Assembly: GCF_009914755.1 (NCBI RefSeq)
Contig: NC_060934.1
Origin: the human T2T-CHM13v2.0 reference genome, Homo sapiens
DNA length: 64,000 nt
Reading direction: 5' to 3' (one strand)
Shown: positions 1 to 14,775 of the stretch, in pieces
Layout: each line of letters starts with the position of its first letter
Numbering within the stretch: position 1 is the first letter of the stretch
Translations under genes and position numbers: made by a program
The notes under the pieces: generated by a model
What the model saw: the letters and a program-made list of their open reading frames with translations, nothing else
What the model was told of the DNA's origin: nothing
Databases searched by the model: none

Positions 1-249
1 GTGTCTTTTGTCAGTTTGTGCTTTTTGACAGCCACTATATTCAACTGCTACATTCTATTTCTGTTCTAATGCTGCTGCATGAATAACGATATGAGACAAG
101 AGGACATCATACTTCCTTTCCTTTTATTAGCTTCCATAATTGGCATAATAGTTAATTAATTTAGGCCAGTACTTAGAATTGTTAGAGACAAACCAGTGGA
201 AAATAAAAACACACAGTGTTCTTTCTGAAGAAACACAAATACTGTTTTG

Positions 250-252
<3 letters not shown>

Positions 253-286
<34 letters not shown>
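253..286. repeat. (TG)17 microsatellite
   Basis: Perfect TG run. Confidence 0.97.
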
Positions 287-290
<4 letters not shown>

Positions 291-1225
291 GGTATTATTT
301 ATTATTTCCTAGTAATGGCAGTGTTGCTCTTCAGCAATATTTTTGCTTTGATTAAACTTAACTCATTAAAACAAAAGTTGTAAAAGGTAAAGTTTTTAGA
401 CTGACTGCTTTTTGAGCTTCTACATCCTCTGTGATGTATCTCAGTATGTTATCTGAGTCAAATTGTTGCTGTTCTCATGATGTGTTGTTGGATATGGTAT
501 CAGGCACCCTGTGGAGGAACTCTCTGGTGGGAGGTGGTGTACAACGTCACACTGTAGCAGAAAACCTGAAGGATACTCTTAGCTGCCTTCTCTGGCATTT
601 GATCCCTTAGTTCTATCCAAGTGTATCACTTTATCCTTAGGCAGATTAAATTTCATATTATACCTCTGAGCTCATTTACTTACTCTGTTACACTTAAGGT
701 AAAACAGATATAGTCATTTGTCTTAACCATTCCCTCTTATTTAGTGATATGTTCAAATTTCCTAACATAAAGGCTTTTCTTCATCATTAATTAGAAGCAT
801 TAGTGATCTTATATAGAGAGTCTCGTGGAATATAGTTTTCTCCCAAATTCTTCTTGGCCCTCCATTTTTAAGCCAGTTGATAACATCCCCTTTTGTTAGT
901 TGGATGCTATGACATATCATGACAAAAATTATGCTTTGTGTGGCAATCTGCTAAGTTTAAAAAAAAGGAGAACACAAAATTAAAATACGAACACTTAGTG
1001 TATCAAAGGTCAATTGATTTCAGAAATTGTAATATTTGTTGGAAATTCATGGAAAGATTGCTATTTCATTACTAATAACAAGTAATGCCTGAAATTTCTG
1101 TGGGGTGATTTTCTCTAAAATGTGTAAGAGATATTTACTTTGCCTTACCTTAGAGACCTGGCTATTGGGGTAGAAAAGATAAACTTATTATATTATTTAG
1201 TAACCTACTGAACTGAGATGTGGTG

Positions 1226-1592
1226 TGCAATGGACTTAATATTTGTATCTCTCCAAATTCATATGTTGAAATCCTAATCCACAATGTAATGCAATTAGGA
1301 GAGGTAATTAAGTCATGAGAATAGAGGTCTCATAAAAGTAGTTAGTGTCCTTACAAAAGGTACCCCAGAAAGCTCTCTCACCCTCTCACCCTCTCATCCT
1401 CTCATCCTCTTTCCACCAAGTGAAGATACAAACAGAATTTGGCAATCTGCAACCCAGAAAAGGAACCTAACTAGAACCCGACCATATTGAGTATGAAATT
1501 CCAGCCTCCGGAAGAGTGAGAAATATATTTCTGTTGTTTATAATCCACCCAGTCTTTTGTACTTTGTTAGAGTGGCCTGAACTGACTAGTAC
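1226..1592 (+). mobile_element. MLT1A-like MaLR solo LTR, with an internal 7-mer (ctctcac/t) array at about 1375-1410 and a (TG)n tract following at 1593-1640
   Basis: Typical MLT1 motifs: ttcatatgttgaaatcctaa, ccagcctcc...gtgagaaatatatttctgttgttta, ending gactagtac. Confidence 0.8.
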
Positions 1593-2149
1593 GTGTCTGT
1601 GTGTGTGTGCGTGTGCGTGTGCATGTGTGTTTGTGTGTGTTTCATTCTTGCCATAAGAATAAGAGTAGGAATATATTGCTAGAATATTTCCAGATATAGA
1701 AGATATGTCATTTGTAGCATTTGTCTTCCTTCTTGTAGCTTGGCAATAGCAGCCCTGATGTTTTTTCTCTTGTCCTAACTCTGGGTCACTATGGACCCTG
1801 TTCAACCTCACCTTAAAGGAGTGCCAATCGTTTCCATCTCTTGTCTTTTTTTTTCCTCTCTCTCTCTCTTTTGTTTGAAAACTGATGATATACACATTAG
1901 AGTAGAAAGAATATAACTTATATTTCACATCTCCATAACAGATTTAATTAATTTTATTAGCTTTTTCATTTTCACGGTAGGTTCCATCTTTTTCATTTTG
2001 AGAAGTGATGACTGATGATCTTTGACTTGCTACTCTGCCTGACTTAGACACCTGTGATCTTTCAACTTGACAACATCTCTGTGGGAAATTCAGGTAGGGG
2101 GCAAATTGTAAATTGGCTTGAAGGCAACATGCAGCAGCATGATCTATTT

Positions 2150-2570
2150 TTTGTTGTTTTAGCGATACTCTGTTGGCAGTGTGAAAAGATGGACAAGATG
2201 CACAGAAATGAAGCATGATTTTAGAGACTGCTTGTGTAAGATCATGGGCCAAGAGAATGCGAAATAAAGAATTGCAGTAGATGAGCAGAGTTGAGATATT
2301 CAAGAGGATTTCAAAGGTATCAAGAAGGGATTCTATGAGTGACTGAGTGGGAACATACGAGAGAAGAGACCTTTGAGGAAGTGGAAGTGTCTAGCTTGAG
2401 TGGGTGACCAACTAAAATATGATTAACTGAAAAAGGGAATAGAAAATAGAAGGTTTGGAATTTTTAAAGGATGTATATAGTTTGCTATATTTTTAATTTG
2501 TCACAATTAAATAATACTAGGAGTAGTTATCCAACCAATAATTGAAAAGATGTCCGTAGGCATCAGAAGT
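2150..2570 (-). mobile_element. Degraded L2 fragment
   Basis: Purine-rich, L2-like text (gagatattcaagagg, tctagcttgagtgggtg); boundaries approximate. Confidence 0.45.
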
Positions 2571-3399
2571 AAAATATGTCTCCTCAGACCAAGAAAAATG
2601 CCAGGCACCTGAGAAGCATTCAACAAGGATTAGGGAAATTGAAAACTAGCAAATGTCATATGCTTTAAAATCATTGAATCAGGGTGTTCTCTTAAATTTC
2701 TATGAAGTAAAATATGATTTTTATCATTACTCAAATAGTGACTAAACATTTTCTAGAGTTATGACATTAGTGATTCATGTAGGGACAGGGGTTGTAGTAG
2801 CTGTCCTCCTCTTAGCCCTCAATCATTTCTCAAATGCTGTTTTCCTGTAACTCTCAAATTACTGAAGGATGACACCTTGCCAGGGCATCAGGCACATCAG
2901 CACTAAGAATCAAGCTCACTAGTTTTAATTCCCTGGCTAATTTTCTATGGCAAATATGTAATTTTTCTTTAGAAGAAACACATTTTTTGACGCAGTCATA
3001 AATAGCTTTAGTTGTGCCATAACAAAGGTGTGACATTTTTTCTAGGCATCGAATTTATGTGGAAATCTATTTGCTACATTTGCATCTTTTTTTTTTCTGG
3101 ACAGAGATGCAAGATCAAATTGTATCAAATGCACACACATTCACATGTAAGTATTTAGATAGAGTGAAGACGTAGGTACACAGATTCAGCAGTCTGAAAA
3201 GATTTACTGTGCCAGGGAGAAAATAATTACAACAAATGTTTATTAAGAAGCTTCTATGTGCTGTATATAGGTAGGTGTAGGGGCATGGGATGCAGTGTAA
3301 ATAAATGTTTTGCAATCTGCCCTCCTGTAAAAGTTGGGAGAAAATAAACAGGTACATTCAATAGAGTAATTGGGGCCACTTTAGGGGCCAAAAGGCTGC

Positions 3400-3720
3400 A
3401 AAAAAGCAGCTTCCTAACAGTGGCTATGCCTTTCGAGGGCAAATGTCTTCTTAGTTAAAAACTGAAACATCAGTTTGAATTAGACTGTTGACAAGAAGAG
3501 GGAGGAATGATTCAGGAAGAGGGAGAGTATCTCTAAATGCTTAGATGTCAGAAAGAGCATGGTCAGTTGAGGGCACTGGAAGCGGTTTAGTATGTTTGGA
3601 ACAGAGGGTGTGCAAGTTAACTAGTGAGAGCTCAGGGTTAGTGAGCTCATGAGTTGGAAGGAAAAGAAGTTAAAAGGCAGCATGCTAGATAGAATAAGTA
3701 GGTCAGTGAGTAACAACATG
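3400..3720 (-). mobile_element. Degraded L2 fragment
   Basis: ttcaggaagagggagagtat...agagcatggtcagttgagggcactggaag matches the reverse-strand L2 pattern. Confidence 0.5.
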
Positions 3721-5239
3721 AAAATCAGAGGAAACATGAAACAATTATGCTTCTAATTTCATTGTGATCTTTGCTCTTCGTTGTTAATTAAAGGGATTTA
3801 GATTAAAACATGCAATTGTTATTTGAAGAACTGAGAGACAGTAAATTATTCATAATTTATCCATTTAATTGGCCTTAATAATTAATGACTAGTAGCTTTG
3901 TATTAGATGCCTGAAGTATAAATATATCAACTAATAATACTTGAAAATATTTCACTTACAATACTGAAAGTGATTTTATGGACTTTGTAATAGATGGTCC
4001 ACACGTGAACTAATTCACTCTTACCAGAGTTCTTAAATGTGCTTTCATATTTTTACATCACAGGTGGTTTTTATTTTATGAGTGTAGTGATCAAATAACT
4101 TATCCAAACTGGGACATTTAAAAGAGCAACAGAGGTATTATGAATAATTACACAAAGACAACGGACATAAACATGTACTGCCCTGGGTAAACCAAATCTA
4201 TGATTCTTGTTCACAGTGTATATCACATTTTAAAGTATGCTTAAATGATTACAATTATATAAAATTTAGGATAGTGTTTTGGAATGGAACAAACTTTTTC
4301 AACTGCATGTTTTAATCTTTTCATAGTCTAAAGTTTGTGAACTATTCCATTTTGTCTTCCAAGTTACACCTTTACATTTTTATTTGTCAGCATGCTGAAT
4401 AAATCACTGGGAGAAAAAGAGAAAAAAATGAACATGAGAAATCTCTAATTTGTGGCACTCACCAGCTGCTAAATACACACATAGCTTTTTAAAGCAGAAT
4501 TCTTCTTCAAAATGTAGGAGAAGAGACTTCATTTTATTTTTTCTCCGCTTTTGAAACATAAATTGGGATCTAGTCCAACAAAAACTTTTAGGGCCAATGA
4601 AAAAATGAAGTATTATTAAAGTAAAAAGAGAGAGAGAGAGAAGAAATTGAAAGATTTACTATAGAGGAGAACTGCCAGATTGTAGCATTTCAATGGTCCC
4701 CTGAACAATGCCACAATACTCAGTTATTATTCAAGCAGGTGGCACATTATTATTACAGTTAGATACCTTTGCTTATTATGCCCTTGACTTCACACAAAAC
4801 ATAGTAATTTGAATCTAATATTGTCTGTTAAAACTTCCATTAATAAAAGAAAGTGTTATTAAAACAAAAAAAAAAATCTGTGGCCTATTGTAATTGATTT
4901 TTTTTCTGTAATTGATGGACTGAGTTACACTGTACCCAGGTACACCAGGACAGCTGAATTCGATAATAAAGGAAAATAATTGATTTTTGGTTTCACATGT
5001 GACAGTTTGGAAACAGTGCTTTGTCAAATTTCTTAATTCCCATAGAAAGCAGCACCACAAGAGTCAGGTAGATCCACAATAGAAAATCAGTACACATTGT
5101 GGAGTTTTATATACTCTCATAATAATTAACATAAAATAGTCAATGTAAGCAGGTGAATCTCATGCATGGCCATTTAATACAACTGGTTAAAGTGGTGTTT
5201 TTTGTTGAATAACTCCCAAACCCTTAATAAATGAAATCC

Positions 5240-5620
5240 CAGGAAACTGTAGTCATCCTTCAGGCTCTCTCCGTGGTCTGACGCTATACCTCATTTCCCT
5301 GTTAACTGCTTGTAGCCTGTGCATTATGTCTCCAAGCGTTTACTTCTGTGCCTCCTTATGTTCAAACATCATTTCCCACTTTTATTCATTGACCATACTC
5401 TTTCAATCCAGCAACATTTAGCTTGGGGTGATCTCCAGAAAATCTTCCCTGAGTTTCCAGATTAATTTAAATGTCCCTATTCTGTGTGTCGTTACCGCTT
5501 TTTACACGTCTTCCTCTTAGCATTTGATGCATTTTATCTGATTTATTTGATTATATGACTGTTTCCCTTTCTAGACTATAAGTTTTTTCAAGGACAAAGA
5601 TCGCTGAATAAACACAGGTT
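5240..5620 (+). mobile_element. L2 3' end fragment
   Basis: ctagactataagttttttcaaggacaaaga is the characteristic L2 terminal motif. Confidence 0.55.
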
Positions 5621-5684
5621 CTGTGCTAAGGACATATCTATTAATTGTTAAACTAGACAACCATTTCTAAGTATCTGCATATTT

Positions 5685-5895
5685 GTGAAGTGAAAAGAGC
5701 ATGGCTTTAGCGTATATAAAACTAAATTTGAATCTCAACTCTGCCCCTTATTAGTAATGTAACTCTAAGGTAATCACTTACCTTATCCGAACTTTAGTTT
5801 CCCCATTTTGTGCAAATGAGAATATTACTAAAATTGCGGCAACAGTTCAATGAAAAATGCACACAAAGCAGCTTAAACAATGTTCATTCTCAGTA
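5685..5895 (+). mobile_element. MIR SINE
   Basis: MIR core: aagagcatggcttt...tttgaatctcaactctgcccctta...tcacttacctt...tttagtttcccc. Confidence 0.7.
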
Positions 5896-6808
5896 AGCTT
5901 CCCTACCTTACTTCCTTTTCCTTTAGTATGTTTACATTTTTCAAAAGGTAAGAAAAATACCATCGGGATGCATTTCTAGAGGTTTTTTTTGCATGCTTAA
6001 ATATGAGAGAGTTATGTACTATATACAAAACTTATGCTGAATCTTTGCTTTTGTCTTTTCTTGTACTTACAATGCCCTTTTCCCAGTCCCATCTCTGCCT
6101 GGCAAATTCCTGTTTTTCCTTCACTGCTTAGATTAAATCTCACCATCTCAATGAAGTCCATCGAAATTAATTAGAAGAATATCTGCATTTTTTCAGTATC
6201 TATTTAATGATTATATTAAAATATAGATATACTATTAAACCAAAAGTGAAATGCCAAATAGATTAGCTTAGCTTCGAATTATTTCAAGTCTAAGATCATC
6301 TTTCAATATAAAGAAAATAATGAGACATATATTGAAAGCATCTTTGGATAGGCAAGACCTCTTATTTTTATGTTGGAAAAATCATTAAAAATACATTAGA
6401 ATACAATTAAGTAATAAAAATGAAAACAAAATTAAAACAACATATAAATCAAGCACATTTTAGATGTCTTAATTGGTCATGTTTTTGTGGTAAAACGCTA
6501 ATTCCTTTTAGTAGAAAAATAATGTTAGAAGACATAATGAATTGTGTAGAATTGTATACGCTTGACCAAGGCATTTGTTACATATAAGAATATTTAGTAT
6601 TTTACCCCATAGTACTATAAAACGTTATTTTAGAGAAAAGCAATGCCATGTATTAAAAGTGGGCTTCGCTTATTTTCTTTTTAACAAAAAATTGACTGAC
6701 TGCTGTCTACATTAATTTTAATTTTATAACATAAAACTGCCTACAGTAGCGTCTACAGATTTATCTGATTAGCAGTTCATAAACACAAGGAAATAAGATA
6801 TTAGCTTA

Positions 6809-6991
<183 letters not shown>

Positions 6992-7461
6992 CTATTTCCC
7001 TTCATCAACTGAGGAACAAAGCTACAATTTCATTAGTAAATTAAGTTTCACAATTATGCAGTTCAGGGAAAGCAGACACAAATGTGGTATATAGTTATTA
7101 ATAATTAGCATATCAGTAAGAAAATGGAAAATGGATGATTTTTGAAATTTTTTTTATTAAGAGGGCTCTAATTAATTTGAAACTTCATCACATGAAAATA
7201 GACATTAAGTGGAGGGAGAGTAAATTTTTTATTATGAAATTTTATTTTAATGGTGCATAAATCTTAATTATAACTGTTTGGTCTTTCAACATATATTGTA
7301 ATAAATGATTAGTAATTTGTACCAAATAGTGAGATGCTTGGAAATTAATGTGAACATATTTTGTTGCATATATTATTTCTTAAGATTAATATCAAGCTAA
7401 TAATGTTAATCATAGTAAATTAAATATAGGTTCTGATGATACTCTTAATGTCTACACAGGG

Positions 7462-7765
7462 TATTTATTTATGTATTTATTTTTGAGATAGAGCCCTGCT
7501 GTGTCACCCAGGCTGGAGTGCAGTGGCTTGATCTCTGCTGACTGAATCCTCTGCCTTCCCGGTTCAAGTGGTTCCCCTGCCTCAGCCCCCAAATAGCTGG
7601 GATTATAGGCGTGTGCCACCATGCCTGGCTATTTTTTGTATTTTTAGTAAAGAAAGGGATTTGCCATGTTGGCCAGGCTGGTCTTGAACTCCCGACATCT
7701 GGTGATACACCCACCTCAGCTTCCCAAAGTGCTAGAATTACAGGTGTGAGCCACCACGCCTAGCC
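7462..7765 (-). mobile_element. AluS (Sx/Sz-like)
   Basis: Full dimeric Alu in reverse orientation with a (TTTA)-type tail. Confidence 0.93.
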
Positions 7766-8629
7766 AAGATGGTATTTCTTAATGTATTTTAATAATCAAT
7801 ATACATTTCTTCATGAAGAAATGTCTTCTAATTGTATAATCTTCCTTTGTGTACTGCAACATTCTTTTCCCAAAATGAAGAAGTCAAATCATAAAATTGT
7901 ATAGTATATACATTTGTAAAATTAATAACCATAAGAGAAAAATAATATAGCTTCCTATTATGGAAACCTACTCTGTGCTAAATGCTTTATATAACTAATC
8001 ATCAATAACTAAATCATTTACATTTTACAGATCATGACTTGGGAGACTGGGGAGATTAAATGACTTAAGTTAAAGGGACAATCTGAAACAGAGCTTTTAT
8101 TAAAAATCCAGGCTGCCAGATGTTAAAACACATCCAAAAAGGGGCTTATTGTTACTACTTATTTTCCTCAACTCTGAGACAAGAAGGGAAATTCTACTGG
8201 GCAGTAAATGAGGGGGAAAAAAACAGAAACATATTTCACACCATTAAAACCGACTGTAAAATCTACAAATAGTCAAAATTATAGATGAAATGCAATATAT
8301 GATAAAGAAGTTATCCCTCCTGATAGGAGAGTCATACAGAAAATCATAGAGTTTCATACATTCTTCATGGAATATGCATGAGTAAACCCCAAATGAAGAA
8401 GATATTCATAATAATAAAAAAATGAGCACTAGTCATAGATGAAAATGTGGATAAATTTTACTCTAATGTGAGAGTGAGCAAACCTTTCCTAACTATGGCT
8501 CAAAGTCAAGAAGTCAGGAAGAAAAAGAGATAAGTTTAACTATATTGCAAAATTGCATGGTGAGACACAATGAACAAAGTAAAACCACAAGTGACAAACT
8601 GAGAAAACATTTGAAATTTATGTCGAGAC

Positions 8630-8954
<325 letters not shown>

Positions 8955-9053
8955 TTTATGTCCAGACAAAATGTTCATATCCCGAATATATATATATAGG
9001 TTTATAAATTAGCTAAAAATAGGGCCAGTGAGGGATTTAAAAAGTGTGGGGCT

Positions 9054-9350
9054 GGCTCGGCGCAGTGGCTCACGTCTGTAATCCTAGCACTTTGGGAGGC
9101 TGAGGTGGGCAGATCATCTGAGGTTAGGAGTTCGAGACCAGCCTGGCCAACATGGTGAAAACCTGTCCCTACTAAAAATACAAAAATTAGCTGGGCGTGA
9201 TGGCGCACGCCTGTAATCCCAGCTACTCGGGAGGCTGAGAAAGGAGAATCACTTGAACCCGGGAGACATGGAGGTTGCGTGAGCTGAGATTGTGCCACTG
9301 CACTCCAGCCTGTGCGACAGAGCCAAACTCCGTCACAAAACAAAACAAAA
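9054..9350 (+). mobile_element. AluS (Sx/Sz-like) with a (CAAAA)n tail
   Basis: Full dimer; degenerate TSD ending in ggggct. Confidence 0.92.
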
Positions 9351-11225
9351 TGTTCGGGGCTAGAGAAAAAACTGTTCACAGAAAGAGAAAGGCAAATGAC
9401 TCTAGATCATAAGCAAAGATAAGCAAAGATGCTTATCTCGATACATAAGAAGAAAACTACAAATTATTCCTACATTAAGATTTCATTAGTCACTTAGATT
9501 AGCAGTTGTCCCAGTTGGAGACTGTACTCTGTTGGCGAGCCTGCAGGAAAACAGACACTTTGGACACTGGTGGTGTTAATACAAGTGTTGTAAAATTTAT
9601 GACGGAGAGTATGACATAAGCTACCAAAATAATATTAATGTTTACTTTTTGACCCATACATCCCACATCTGGACATTTTCCCATTTATAATAACGGAAGA
9701 TAAATGACCACCTAAATATACATCAATAGTGGTCTGGGTAAATAAATGGTGATACATCCTAAAGCAGATGATAATTCAAATGTAATGATAAATGATAGAT
9801 ATCTTTAGCTATTACTATGGAGTTATTTTCAGCTATATTAAGTAAAAAAAAGCAATTTGGAAATAAGGGCCTATAATATGCTAACCTTTAAGAAGAATAC
9901 ACATGCATATTTACAAAGGAATACATACACACATTTAAAAATCGAAGATAGACTGTAACATAAAAAATTGTTACTTATGAGAAAGAGAGGGAACACGTGG
10001 AGAGGATAAACACTGAAACTAAATTTCATTACCCATATCAAGTTTTTTACATTTTAGAGCTACATATGTTATATATTATTATAAAACTAATTAAATTCAA
10101 GGACTTCTCTAAAAATAAAATAAAATAATTCAATCTAAATGTATATTTAGTTGTTGGCACAAGCACAAACAAAAAGAACTACCCCAGGTGAATTTTAAAA
10201 GTAGTACTGACATCACACCCACAGTGTAATATAGGTGAAGTACCAGAGAAATTACAAAACTCAAAAAGTTAAGCTATCTACAGTAATCATATTGGTGGTA
10301 TGTTGTGATTCCAAGATAGTTATAGGAGTATTTTACAATAAATAAGCACATTATTATGTGTCATTCTGATTCTATTCTTTTCAGTATTGAAAGCTGGATT
10401 CTTGGCAGGGGATGATAAAGAGATAGAAATTAAAAATTAAAGAGGTAAAATAGAACACCTATGGTTTTGATTTTGAATTGGCAGTGGAAGTTTAAACTCA
10501 GGTTGTAGTTTATCTTAAGAAACAAAATGCATACAACACAGCTCTGAATGCTGAAACACAGAACTATATATAATGGCCAATATAGAAGCGATGAATATTT
10601 CTAATGTTCAGACTATGGTTTTGAAATACTATTTACCAATAAAAGCACTTAAGATTTCTGAGAGAGAGAGCTGATTTCAGGTCCAGGGCAGAAAATCAAC
10701 AAATAGCTGTGAAACATCTGCTCACACTAAGTAGCAAGAAAGAATTCCGAGACTACTAAACTGATTTGAAAAGTTTTCAAGAGCCAAAAGGCTTTTTTTT
10801 GTTTTTTTGTTTTTTAAGCTAAAGATAAGACAATTTGAGCATCAATAAGGATCATATCAGTAATGATTTGAAACAGATCAAATATGTTTAAATTCATAAG
10901 TTTACGAGTGTTGCAAAATAACGTATTGATCACTTTTGGAGCATGCTAGAGAAATATTTTGTAAATTAGAAAATAAGAAAACAGAGCATGCTTTTTCCAT
11001 ATGAGCTTAACATGGGGTAAACAAATAATTGATTAAAAAGTGTCTCATTAAGAAACTATTTCAGCTAATAATTTAAGAAGAGTAATAGTATCAGAGTGCC
11101 ATCATTTTACAACCCCTCATAAATGAATGGATCATGGCATTGAGCACTAAATGCTGCTAATATCACAAAAAAAGAGATAAAGCCACATACATACCACTCA
11201 ATAGAAGAATTAATTCAACATCATC

Positions 11226-11609
11226 TGCTATGGCCTGAGTTGTCCCCCTCACCATTAACAATTTTATGTTGAAGCCCTTACTCCCAATGTGACCATTATA
11301 GAGAGATAGACCCTTTTAAGAAGGTAATCAGATTAAATGAGTCTATATGGGTGGGCTCTTAAATCTGATGGGACTGGTGTTCTCTTTGTCTCTCTTTCTT
11401 TCTATCTCTTCCCTCTCTCTCTGTCCAAGGGCACACAGAGGAAAGGCCATGTGAAGACACAAGAAAGCAGCTGGAGAAGCTTCATCAAATACCAACCATG
11501 AAAGCACCTTGATCTCAGGCCTCCAGAACTGTGAGAAAACACCTTTCTGTTGCTTAAGCTACTCAGTCTAGGGTGTTTCTTAATGGTAGTGCAAGCAGAC
11601 TATTATACC
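11226..11609 (+). mobile_element. MLT1A-like MaLR solo LTR
   Basis: tgctatgg...ttatgttgaagccctta...gaggaaaggccatgtgaagacac...cctccagaactgtgagaaaa...gcagactattatac. Confidence 0.8.
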
Positions 11610-11851
11610 ACCTATGAAACAGTTTTGAGAAAACCCAACAAAGAAACAAACAAAAAATGTTATTTGATTAAGTGTCAAAATTTATAGGAAACATGGGACA
11701 GAGTAACATGTAAAATTAAACCAAGGAAAGTACAATCAAGATGACGAGAAACTCTATAATATAAACAACTTGACTTCTCAATAAATGAATCACAAGAAAA
11801 CAATTTAAAAATAAATGGAAAGAGAACCACTGTAGATTAAAAGAGACTTAG

Positions 11852-12529
<678 letters not shown>

Positions 12530-13452
12530 TTACATGAATTCTGGTCCCCTTGCATCTCTCCCTTTCCGAGAAAAACAAAAACAAAAAAACAGAAAAGAAA
12601 CTAAAAAACAAAAATAATATTTGTGAGAAAGTGAAAATAAACACTGACTGATATTTAATATTAAATAAGGATTGTTATACTTTTTATTTGTGCTATGATA
12701 TTGTCAGAATGCTCTAAAAATAGTTATTTTATAAGCATAAATTCAAATATTTGTGGATTAAAATTATATATTTTTTCAAAATAATGAGGAAAAAAATTGA
12801 TAGACATATATATTTTAATAAGTTTGGCCAAGTCTTCATAATTCTTGAAACTAAGTGATGCCAAATGGTGATTTTATTTACTATCTCTTATTTTATATAT
12901 TTTTAAATAAGAGTTTTCAAAAATGCAATATAATTTATCATTTGCTTTGGTTTGCTTTTACCCTAGCTTTCATCAGCATAGAATGGAGCAGGGCTCCTGG
13001 AAGAATGAACCCAAAATGGTGAAGATAATTGAATAATAGCCGCTGAGCTGGGAAAGATTTTCATTTCCCAGAGAGTAATACTTACTAGCTGTTAACTAGT
13101 TACTACGGTGAAAATGTTATAATCTCTTCATTTGTAAATGATCTATCTCATCTAAGTTTCAAAACAATCTTATGGGAAAGATATTTATTGCTTGATCTGT
13201 GAAGAAACCAACACTCACAGAAGTTAAGTAAAATATTCTGAACTCTCACGGCTAGTAAATGACTAGGTCAGAAGTCAAGGTATCTAAATTCAGAGTGTAA
13301 ACTCTTTCCTGTTATGCTATATAGCCTGAGTTCAGTGAATTAGACACTTTGGCTTCATCGGCCATCTGTTTCTGGAAGGTTGGTTTTTAGACATCCTTAC
13401 AGAATATCAACTCAACAAGAGTATAACTAGCAATTAAAAAATACATCTCCTT

Positions 13453-13808
<356 letters not shown>

Positions 13809-13906
13809 TTAAAAGTGTAATGCTTTTCCAGCGAGGACTAAGAACACTTAATGTTTGTGCTTTCATTATACACAATGTTTACAGTCAACCTAAAGCTGTT
13901 CTTTAG

Positions 13907-13966
13907 AAACAAAAAATTAGCCGGGCGAGGTTGTGGGCACCTGTAGTCCCACCTACTGGGGAGGTT
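13907..13966 (+). mobile_element. 60-nt internal Alu fragment (linker plus start of right arm), no tail, between 14-nt direct repeats
   Basis: aaacaaaaaattagccgggcg...ctactggggaggtt, flanked by gttctttagaaaca at 13898-13911 and 13964-13977. Confidence 0.92.
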
Positions 13967-14473
13967 CTTTAGAAACAGCTTTGATTGCCTAAATTTAGAT
14001 GTAAAATTGATAACTATGTTTATTATCACAATTATAAATAATACGGTGAATTTCAGCATTATAATTATTAGAGCCAACATAATTAGTGGTTGCCAAAACA
14101 TTTATTTTAATTTTTATATATGCTAAGAAAATTCTACGTTTTTCACTTTTTCAGTATTATAGAGGAAATGGCAACCTAAATTAATCCCTTGGTGAAAAGT
14201 TTACAATTTTGAAGATTACGGGTTTTCTGTAGGATAAAGAAAAAATGCTACACAATTATCTTCATATATTTAAAATGTAGAATTTTAATTACACGTGTTG
14301 ATCAAGATAGTATCACCATGACTAAGATAGTAAGCCTATCCATAATTGCCAGAAATTTCCTTATGACAATGTCTCCTTTCTCTCCCCATTCATATTTCTC
14401 ACCCTATGCAAACACTGATCACTTTCTGTCTGTCAGCATAATAGGAATGGGATCATTTATATAGTATGTATTC

Positions 14474-14775
14474 TTTTTTTTTTTTTTAATTTTGAGAAAG
14501 AGTTTTGCTCTTTTTTCTAGTCTGGAGTGCAATGGTGCTGTCTTGGCTCACTCCAACTTCTGCCTCCTGAGTTGAAGCAATTCTCCCGCCTCAACCCCCA
14601 GAGTAGCTGGGATTACAGGTGCCCACCACCACGCCCAGCTAATTTTTGTATTTGTAGTAGAGACGGGGTTTCACCATGTTGGCCAGGCTGGTTTCGAACT
14701 CCTGCCCTCAGGTGATCCACTGGCCTCGGCCTCCCAATGTGCTGGGATTACAGGCATGAGCCACCCTGCCTGGCC
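14474..14775 (-). mobile_element. AluS
   Basis: Reverse dimer; degenerate TSD ta[t/c]agtat[g/a]tattctttt. Confidence 0.92.

Noticed and set aside
1467-2303. 153-aa and 119-aa minus-strand ORFs as additional PCDH15 exons
   Set aside because: They run through an MLT1 LTR, a TG repeat and L2-like sequence, and show no cadherin motifs.
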